Of a DNA stretch of 64,000 nt, positions 56,712 to 64,000 are shown piece after piece. Numbering within the stretch: position 1 is the stretch's first letter; each line of letters begins with the position of its first letter. Source of the DNA: an uncultured bacterium. GTDB lineage: Bacteria; Bdellovibrionota_C; UBA2361; CALJRW01. The stretch covers positions 511 to 64,510 of the forward strand of contig CALJRW010000023.1 in assembly GCA_937976335.1 (NCBI GenBank). The letters run 5' to 3'. The notes below the pieces were generated by a model that was not told where the DNA came from, made no database searches, and saw only the letters and a list, made by a program, of their open reading frames with translations. The translations under genes and the position numbers were made by a program.

Positions 56712-56800
56712 TTAAATTATTTTTCCTTCCCATAATTTTTTCAGAAAGATTTCATATGCTAGAACTGTAATGTTATCTTCTGTTTTTATTATTCAATTCT
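56712..56800 (-). pseudogene. 3'-terminal relic of a COG1373-type ATPase (B-type)
   Basis: The minus strand translates to ...KTEDNITVLAYEIFLKKLWEGKII*, against the C-terminus RKTEDNITVLPYQIFLKRLWRGNII* of the intact gene at 59056-60192. DNA similarity is obvious over ~90 nt. Confidence 0.7.
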
Positions 56801-56817
56801 TGTATGTTTTAAAGCTT

Positions 56818-57957
56818 TTAGCTAAAAAATTCTTCTCCCTTGTTAAAAAACTCTATAATATTATCCTGATTAATTGCTATAGGTTTAACATCAGGATATT
56901 TTTTTAGAAACTTTCCAAGGCTGGAGCTCTTTTTTCTGAGACCTGATTTAACTTCAATTCCAAATGTTTTTTGTTTATTTTCGTATACAAAATCAAGTTC
57001 GTAATCACCTTCTCGCCAGTAACTTAGTTTTCCTCTTAAAGTGGCTAATTTTGCACCAACTGATGCTTCAAAAATATGACCATACATTTCTAAGTTTGGG
57101 AAACTATCTAAACCAAGAAAGGCATTAGATAAAGCGGGACACAAAGGTATAATTTTAGGGCTTGATGCTTTTTGTCTTAGAGTGTTTTTTGAATATTTTT
57201 GCAATTGTTTGATTAGGAAAGCTCCTTCAAATAGGTTTAAATAATGAGCAATAGTTGTAACATTTCCTTTATCTTGAAGTTGTCCAAGAATTTTTTGCAA
57301 TGATATTTCTTGCGCTGGATTTTTCAAAACTAATTCTAATGTTTGTCTAAAAAGAGCAGGTTTATTTATTCTTCTAATTCCTTGTATATCTCTTGTAATT
57401 ACCGGGTCGATTATCGATAGCTGAAGAAAATCTTGCCAGCGATCTAAGTCTTTAATGTACTTGTACGATTCTGGATAACCTCCAAAAAGCAAATATTTTT
57501 CTAAGTCAAGTTTGGCAAACTCTAGAGTTTCAACAAAATCCCAGTGATAAACTTTAGTAAGCTCAAAGCGTCCTGCTAAGCTTTCACTAAGTCCTTCTTG
57601 AATTGACATGCTTGCTGAGCCTAATAGTACAACTCTTAGATCTTTTTTCCCTCGTATTTTATCAAAAAGAAACTTAACTGCTTCACTCCAATTTGGAATT
57701 TTTTGAATTTCATCAAGAATTAATAGCGAAGGTGCCTTTGTATTATTTTCAGCTCTTTTCCAGTGTTCAAGAATCCAGTCTTCATTTGGTGGACTTACTA
57801 AATCAGCAGTTTCGTATATTTTAGAACCTTCCCACTCCTCATAAACCTGTTTTACTCCATAAGTTTTCCCAACTTGACGAGGGCCAAGTACTACCTGGAT
57901 AAGGGGATATTCTTCAGAAAGACGTTTTTTTAGAATTTTCGTGAAATTTCTAATCAT
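56818..57957 (-). CDS. AAA+ ATPase with DUF4143-type C-terminal domain (COG1373-like), paralog A
   Basis: 379 aa. Walker A GPRQVGKTY, Walker B LILDEIQK, and a C-terminal YELDFVYE...GIEVKSG nuclease-fold-like tail. Confidence 0.8.
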   Translation of the reverse strand: MIRNFTKILKKRLSEEYPLIQVVLGPRQVGKTYGVKQVYEEWEGSKIYETADLVSPPNEDWILEHWKRAENNTKAPSLLILDEIQKIPNWSEAVKFLFDKIRGKKDLRVVLLGSASMSIQEGLSESLAGRFELTKVYHWDFVETLEFAKLDLEKYLLFGGYPESYKYIKDLDRWQDFLQLSIIDPVITRDIQGIRRINKPALFRQTLELVLKNPAQEISLQKILGQLQDKGNVTTIAHYLNLFEGAFLIKQLQKYSKNTLRQKASSPKIIPLCPALSNAFLGLDSFPNLEMYGHIFEASVGAKLATLRGKLSYWREGDYELDFVYENKQKTFGIEVKSGLRKKSSSLGKFLKKYPDVKPIAINQDNIIEFFNKGEEFFS

Positions 57958-57985
57958 ATTAGTTGCTTATAGTGATTATTTACTT

Positions 57986-58028
57986 TTGCTAAGCTACTTT
58001 AGTAAATTTGCTAAGCTAGCTTAGTAAA
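57986..58028. promoter_or_regulatory. Tandem 21-nt direct repeat with an embedded 14-bp perfect palindrome, upstream of ATPase paralog A
   Basis: TTGCTAAGCTACTTTAGTAAA (57986-58006) and TTGCTAAGCTAGCTTAGTAAA (58008-58028). CTAAGCTAGCTTAG (58011-58024) is a perfect palindrome. It lies 29-70 nt upstream of the start at 57957. Confidence 0.4.
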
Positions 58029-58216
58029 ATTATAATTGTTTTTGTGTGTATTAGTCAAGCAGATTAATTTTTGTTTAAGAAAATTGTAAGCTTTATATTC
58101 TTAACTAAGATTTTTATGGAGCTAAGTAAATGAGAGATCAAGCAAAAGTCTTGTCAGATAACATAAGTTTTTCGTTATAACTATCTCCAGGAGGAGCAAC
58201 AAGAGTCAACAAAAGA

Positions 58217-58711
58217 TTAGAATTTATCTACAAAACTAACTTCATAGTCTTTAAATGAGTTTTGAAAAACTTGTTCAAGTTTTCTTTCTTGATCAATTGC
58301 AAACAATAAAGGCTCTCCACACTCTTTACTCCACCAGAACTTATTAACTAATCTTTGAGCAATTATATTTTTGTTCGTACGGATACAGATTACTTCTTGT
58401 ACAGTCTTAGGAAAAGCTTTTTTAACTCGTCTAACTCTTCCACTATCAGAATCAACAAATTGCCATTTGATAAAAATAACATCGTTAACTTTAAGCAGTG
58501 AAGTAATTTCATCAAGAATATTCTCTCTTTTATTTAGAGTAGTAACATCTGTATCGTTTTTTGCAATATTTTCAACACTGATTAAAGAAAAGGCACTACT
58601 TTTATTTTTAAAGCCATATTTTTTAATAACACTTGAATCATTAGTTATTTTACGAATAAAAGTTTCTTTGCCACTAGCAGAAGTGCCTACAACCCAAATT
58701 ATTTTTTTCAT
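58217..58711 (-). CDS. Small P-loop NTPase (kinase-like), function unknown
   Basis: 164 aa. Walker A at the extreme N-terminus, VVGTSASGKETF. Confidence 0.55.
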   Translation of the reverse strand: MKKIIWVVGTSASGKETFIRKITNDSSVIKKYGFKNKSSAFSLISVENIAKNDTDVTTLNKRENILDEITSLLKVNDVIFIKWQFVDSDSGRVRRVKKAFPKTVQEVICIRTNKNIIAQRLVNKFWWSKECGEPLLFAIDQERKLEQVFQNSFKDYEVSFVDKF

Positions 58712-58759
58712 GTCCTATTTATATAGCAAAAAAAATTAATTTAAACTAGTTAATTAGGT

Positions 58760-59059
58760 TTGACTAAGAATAACATCAAGCGTAAATTCTATGTAGTCAT
58801 GCATCAAACAATTGAAGATTTTCAGCCAACGCAAAATGAATTACGTGCTCAAGAATTTGTCAATTTACAAAAATCCTTTTCAGCTCAAAGATTTGATCAA
58901 GAAGCTTTGTTGATACATGACAAAATAGTTAACCTACTAGCTCAACCTCAGGTTTGGCAAGGCTTTGAAACAGAGCTTAGTCCAGAAGTGTTTCTTTGTG
59001 CGTTAATATCTAACGTAAGCAAAAGAGAAATTCTTTTTTGGGACAACTATAGTTGTTAA
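58760..59059 (+). CDS. Hypothetical protein
   Basis: 99-aa ORF (TTG start, first ATG 13 codons in). Divergent from the P-loop gene, and its stop overlaps the convergent ATPase by 4 nt. No motif recognised. Confidence 0.3.
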   Translation: MTKNNIKRKFYVVMHQTIEDFQPTQNELRAQEFVNLQKSFSAQRFDQEALLIHDKIVNLLAQPQVWQGFETELSPEVFLCALISNVSKREILFWDNYSC

Positions 59060-60192
59060 ATTATATTTCCTCGCCATAACCTCTTTAGAAAGATTTGGTA
59101 AGGCAGAACTGTAATATTATCTTCTGTTTTTCTTATTCGATCGCCAGTATATATCAAATAAAACTCTTCAATAATATTTTCTTCTTTTAATGCTTTTAAA
59201 CCTTTAAAATGTTTTGAAGAAGGATTGTTTGTTGACTTAACTTCAATCGCAACTTTTTCGCCTATAAGTAAGTCAACTTCAAATTGAGATGTTGAGCGCC
59301 AATAATTTAATTCAAGTCTTTTTCTCTCATATGCTAAATATGCTCGTATTTCTAAAATTATAAAATGTTCTAGTGCATCTCCAAATTGTTTGCTTTTTAA
59401 TTTTATTTTTCCAACCTGAGCAAGATATCTAGTAACTCCAAGATCAAATAAATAATGCTTTGCTCTAGAAACGGATTTTCTTTTTTTTGTTTTAGTAAAT
59501 CCAGATATACGAAAACCAATTAGTGTATCTTCAAGAATTTGTAGATAATTTTTTAAGGTACTTGGTGAAATTTGTAAGTCAGATGCAAAAGATTCATAGT
59601 TCATTTCTTGACCATTAGATATTGCAAGAGCATCTAAAAATTCTACAAATGCTGAAATATTTCTTGTTACAGCTTCTGCTTTGATTTCTTCACGTAAATA
59701 AGTATCAACATAAGCGCCAAGATCTTCTTCAGGCTCATCACTATCGTATATCTCCGGTAAGCCACCGTTATTAAGCATCTTTAATAGATTAAAATCTTCA
59801 ATCTCTTTTGAAACTAAAGGAAATAAACTTGCTTCTCTAGCTCTTCCTCCTAACAAGTTTGCAGCACCATGTTTTAATTTTCTTGCGCTTGAGCCAGTTA
59901 GTAAAAAAGTAATTTTTCTTTTTTGAATAAGACGATGTACTTCATCAAGAATTTCAGGCAGTTTTTGTACTTCATCTATCACTACCAGTTGCTTGTCATT
60001 GGTAATTATTTCAGAAAGTGCACTTGGGTTTCTAACTAAGGTAGAAAAAGTTTTACTCTCTAGTAGGTCAATTACAAGAGCATCTTTTAGTGTATAATCT
60101 ATAAGGGTAGTTTTTCCTGTCGCACGTGGGCCAAATAGAAAAAAAGATTTTTTTTCTAGTAATTTAGGTAGGTTAAGAGTTCTTTTGTACAT
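59056..60192 (-). CDS. AAA+ ATPase with DUF4143-type C-terminal domain (COG1373-like), paralog B
   Basis: 378 aa. Walker A GPRATGKTTL, Walker B VVIDEVQK, and a C-terminal FEVDLLI...AIEVKST tail. Confidence 0.8.
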   Translation of the reverse strand: MYKRTLNLPKLLEKKSFFLFGPRATGKTTLIDYTLKDALVIDLLESKTFSTLVRNPSALSEIITNDKQLVVIDEVQKLPEILDEVHRLIQKRKITFLLTGSSARKLKHGAANLLGGRAREASLFPLVSKEIEDFNLLKMLNNGGLPEIYDSDEPEEDLGAYVDTYLREEIKAEAVTRNISAFVEFLDALAISNGQEMNYESFASDLQISPSTLKNYLQILEDTLIGFRISGFTKTKKRKSVSRAKHYLFDLGVTRYLAQVGKIKLKSKQFGDALEHFIILEIRAYLAYERKRLELNYWRSTSQFEVDLLIGEKVAIEVKSTNNPSSKHFKGLKALKEENIIEEFYLIYTGDRIRKTEDNITVLPYQIFLKRLWRGNII

Positions 60193-60294
60193 GACAAATA
60201 ATATTAACTATGTTGATTTTCATGAATAATAACATATTGAGTGTGGTTTTGCAATGTAAAGTTATTTAGTTTTAACTTAAATAATTCTTATTCT

Positions 60295-60415
60295 TTCTTC
60301 AAAAACTTTCCAAGCCTAGAAGTCTCTGTTTTCTGCGATCTGACTTAAATTCAATTCCAAATGTCTTTTGTTTGTATTTGTATTCATAATTGAGTTTGTA
60401 ATCACCTTCCAACTA
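60295..60415 (-). pseudogene. 3'-terminal relic of a COG1373-type ATPase (A-type), with a frameshift relative to the intact copy and a premature stop
   Basis: The minus strand translates to LEGDYKLNYEYKYKQKTFGIEFKSDRRKQRLLGLESF*, against REGDYELDFVYENKQKTFGIEVKSGLRKKSSSLGKFLKK of the intact gene at 56818-57957. About 75-80% DNA identity by eye over ~120 nt with one indel. Confidence 0.65.
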
Positions 60416-60456
60416 TCCATTCCTAAGACAAAATGATACCGTAAAACCTAACGACA

Positions 60457-62799
60457 ATGACTCCTGAAATCGCAATTCTATTACTCTTAATCGCCATCAT
60501 GATTTTTCTGTTCCTAACAGAAAAACTACCAATAGATGTAACCGCAGTATTAGCTCTCTCTGCTCTAATCCTTTTAGGTTACTTAACCCCAAAAGAAGCC
60601 TTCACAGGTTTTTCATCTCCGGCCGTAATAATCCTAATTTGCATGTCATTCATAGGAGCGGCTTTAAGTTCTTCAGGAGTGACTGATTCTTTAGCAAGAT
60701 ATTTAGGAAAATTTGTAGGTAAATCTGAAATTAAAGCAGTTTTAGTTCTCTCATTTGTATCTGCTTTTTTATCTGCATTTATGAATAACGTTGCAGCGGT
60801 TTCAGTGATGCTTCCAGCAGCTGCAAGTCTTGCATTTCAAGCAGAAGTCTCACCTTCAAGACTAATGATTCCTGTTTCTTTTGCTGCAATTCTTGGAGGA
60901 ATGACTACTCTTATTGGTACTACTCCAAATATTATAGCTGCAGATTTAATATCTCAAAGTAGTTCAAGTGAAATTGGCTTTGTAGATTTCGCATGGGTTG
61001 GTATTCCAATTGCACTAGCTGGAATTTTTTTTATTGTTTTTATTGCGAGGTTATTTCTCCCAAAAAAAGACTTTATCGGAAATGTAAAGAAAAAAGCATC
61101 AAAGCTTGCTTCGGTCTATAAGCTTTTCGAGAGACTTTTTATTTTAGAAATTCCAGAAAAATCTAGTCTTTCTGGAATGTCGCTTGGGGAAGTCAAACTT
61201 GGAAGTGTTTTAGGTTTAAATGTTATTGCAGTTCGGAGAAAAGAAAAAAAAATTCTAAATCCAAACTCTGAATTTGTTTTAGCGAGTAAAGACGAATTAA
61301 TAGTTCAAGGCAGGCTAAATAAATTTAAATCCTTACTTAGTTTTTCTAAGCTTAAAATAGAAAATGAAAAAAAATGGAAACAAGAAGATAAGGTTCTACT
61401 GACTGCAGAAATTCAAGTTTTAAATGAAAATTTTATTGGTAAAAACATAACTGAGCTGAATTTCTCAAACACTTTTGGTTTAGTTGTGGTTGGAATAAAG
61501 CGAGCAGAAGAGTTTATTGTTAAAGAAATTGCGCGAACTTCTTTAAGCTTGGATGATAGGCTTTTAGTAATAGGAAAGAGTGAAGCTTTTCAGGAAATAA
61601 AAAGAGATGGAAAATTTAAAATTCTAACTGAGATTAAAAATTTTAGTGAATTGGAAGACGATCATTTATTTTGGTTAAGCCCTGAAAATGATAGCGAATT
61701 AATTGCCACTCCTTTAAAAGAAAGCCGTTTATCCGAATATCTTGGGGCTCGTGTTATAGGGGTTCTTCGTAATCATCGGTTCGTTTTTGACTTAAAAGGA
61801 GAAACTGAAGTTATGCAAAATGATGCGCTCCTTGTTTGTTGTCAAAAAGAACTAGCGTCGTCACTTTCAAAGCTTAAAGACTTAATTCTAAAATCAGATT
61901 CTGCTGAATCTAAATTTAAGGAAGAGGATTTAAAGATTGAAGAAGCAGTTATTGCGCCACGTTCTAGTTTTATTGGAAAAACGTTAATTGAAGCAAATTT
62001 TAGAGAAAAATTTGATTTACAGGTCCTTGCTATCTGGAGAGAAGGAAAGCCCTTAAGGAGTGAGCTTGCAACGCGTGAACTAAAATTAGGGGATGCTTTG
62101 CTGCTACATGGTGCATCCAGTTCTTACTCCATTCTTAATGAAGAAGAAGGGGTGTTGCTTTTAACTGATAACTGGAAAGAAGATCTTAAAGGCGCAAACG
62201 TGCAGCCTAGATATAAGAGATGGGTGGCTATTTTTTCACTTATTCTCATGGTTTTGCTTTCTGTTTTTGAAGTTGCGCCTGTTCATATTGCAGCGTTCTT
62301 TGGAGCAGTTTTTGCTGTTTCATTTGGTGCTCTTAGGATGGATGATGCATATAAGAAAATTTCTTGGAGAATTATTGTTTTAATTGCTTGCTTAATGCCC
62401 TTAGGTATTGCAGTTACAAACTCTGGAACTGCGAGTTTTATATCAGATTTTCTTTTGTATGAATTAGGCAATTATGGCCCGAAAGTTGTTTTAATAGCGC
62501 TATGTCTAGTTTCAAGTCTTATTAGCCAATCACTCGATGCTTCAATTGCTATTGTTTTGTTAGCGCCAGTTGCTATTGAAACCTCAAATAAGTTAGGCCT
62601 TTCGCCTGTTAATTTTATGCTTGCGATGAGTATAGCTTCTTCGATTGCTTTTCTTACTCCTTTTAGTCACAAAGCAAGTCTTTTAGTGATGGGACCTGGT
62701 GGATATAGAGGGAGAGATTACTTTCGTTCTGGTGTCGGACTTTCGGTGATGTGCTTTATCTTACTATATTTCTTAATTATTTACTTTTATCCACTTTAA
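60457..62799 (+). CDS. SLC13/DASS-type permease with four central TrkA-C (RCK_C) domains
   Basis: 780 aa. N- and C-terminal polytopic halves. Four repeats of the TrkA-C pattern (G.SL.E..L....G..V.A+.R......P.....L...D.L.V.G), for example GMSLGEVKLGSVLGLNVIAVRRKEK...DELIVQG. Confidence 0.8.
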   Translation: MTPEIAILLLLIAIMIFLFLTEKLPIDVTAVLALSALILLGYLTPKEAFTGFSSPAVIILICMSFIGAALSSSGVTDSLARYLGKFVGKSEIKAVLVLSFVSAFLSAFMNNVAAVSVMLPAAASLAFQAEVSPSRLMIPVSFAAILGGMTTLIGTTPNIIAADLISQSSSSEIGFVDFAWVGIPIALAGIFFIVFIARLFLPKKDFIGNVKKKASKLASVYKLFERLFILEIPEKSSLSGMSLGEVKLGSVLGLNVIAVRRKEKKILNPNSEFVLASKDELIVQGRLNKFKSLLSFSKLKIENEKKWKQEDKVLLTAEIQVLNENFIGKNITELNFSNTFGLVVVGIKRAEEFIVKEIARTSLSLDDRLLVIGKSEAFQEIKRDGKFKILTEIKNFSELEDDHLFWLSPENDSELIATPLKESRLSEYLGARVIGVLRNHRFVFDLKGETEVMQNDALLVCCQKELASSLSKLKDLILKSDSAESKFKEEDLKIEEAVIAPRSSFIGKTLIEANFREKFDLQVLAIWREGKPLRSELATRELKLGDALLLHGASSSYSILNEEEGVLLLTDNWKEDLKGANVQPRYKRWVAIFSLILMVLLSVFEVAPVHIAAFFGAVFAVSFGALRMDDAYKKISWRIIVLIACLMPLGIAVTNSGTASFISDFLLYELGNYGPKVVLIALCLVSSLISQSLDASIAIVLLAPVAIETSNKLGLSPVNFMLAMSIASSIAFLTPFSHKASLLVMGPGGYRGRDYFRSGVGLSVMCFILLYFLIIYFYPL

Positions 62800-62946
62800 G
62801 CAAGTTCGGCTTTACCTCCTAGAGAGCTCTCGGAACCAAAGTTAAAGACCTGTGTAGCTTTAAATCTTTTAAAGTAAGTTCTTTAGAAAACCATGATATT
62901 TTTGATATTTTAAATAACTTAATCTTATAAAATTACGACAGGGGCC

Positions 62947-62974
62947 TTGACATTAATGAATATAAATATACAAT
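62947..62974 (+). promoter_or_regulatory. Candidate rRNA operon promoter (TTGACA, 16 nt, TACAAT)
   Basis: -35 at 62947-62952 and -10 at 62969-62974, ~300 nt upstream of the 16S 5' end. Confidence 0.45.
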
Positions 62975-63273
62975 GTTCGGCCACGCACTAAATCTATAGC
63001 TGGTCTATATTTTTGTGCCTAAATCGGTTGAAAATACTGATTTATTACATTTTGGTTATGGGTAGAAGTTTAGACTATATTATGTCGTACTCGACAGAAA
63101 TTGAGAAAAGAATGTTGAAACAGACAAACTCTATTTAAGTTTTTTATTAAACTTAAAGACTACTAAGTGATACAAATTTCTTCATTTAGAAGTAGCAAAT
63201 TTGAAAGCGAAGCTTTCACCGCGCCATAGCTTTTAGCGACGGCGGGTCGAAGGCTTAGTTTTTTACAGAATTT

Positions 63274-64000
<727 letters not shown>

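Overview
This is a visibly AT-rich chromosomal segment from a diderm (Gram-negative-type) bacterium. Skp, LspA, OmpA-type and lipobox proteins are all present. The window ends in the first ~727 nt of a 16S rRNA gene (from ~63274), and the lineage cannot be assigned without a database search. About 60 protein genes are supportable, and most are housekeeping:
- Proteostasis and translation: clpX, an SspB-like adaptor, lspA, infC.
- DNA topology: a parC/parE-like type IIA topoisomerase pair.
- Central metabolism: a transketolase-family enzyme, GTP-type PEP carboxykinase, rpiA, class II fumarase, pgi.
- Envelope and transport: a lipid-linked glycosylation cluster, a VKOR-DsbA fusion, a DUF58/transglutaminase/TPR/MoxR cluster, and SulP and SLC13-type transporters.

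Accessory or unusual patches are embedded in this backbone:
1. 53.9-60.4 kb is a defence-island-like region. It holds an orphan Upf1-like SF1 helicase with an uncharacterised ~320-aa N-terminal domain, two COG1373-type (AAA+/DUF4143) ATPases, reciprocal 3' relics of both ATPases, and a small P-loop protein.
2. 38.86-39.45 kb is a four-helix-bundle gene (23S-rRNA-IVS-protein/Avd family) bracketed by long inverted repeats with a perfect 31-nt core. This is an IVS-like architecture located outside any rRNA gene.
3. There are two VapBC-type toxin-antitoxin pairs. One lies between two diverged copies of a relic sequence, and the other has a perfect operator-like palindrome over its start codon.
4. 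Two enzyme-derived proteins look catalytically dead: a UvrA-like protein without recognisable ATPase motifs, and a DEAD-box protein that has only the C-terminal half.
5. A third COG1373 ATPase has a 46-bp perfect palindrome running into its ATG.
6. Two copies of a REP-like palindromic element are present.
7. A GNAT-like reading frame is interrupted by one in-frame TAA.

I found no CRISPR array, tRNA, reverse transcriptase or intact transposase. All functional calls rest on motifs read by eye in the supplied translations. No searches or folding computations were run.
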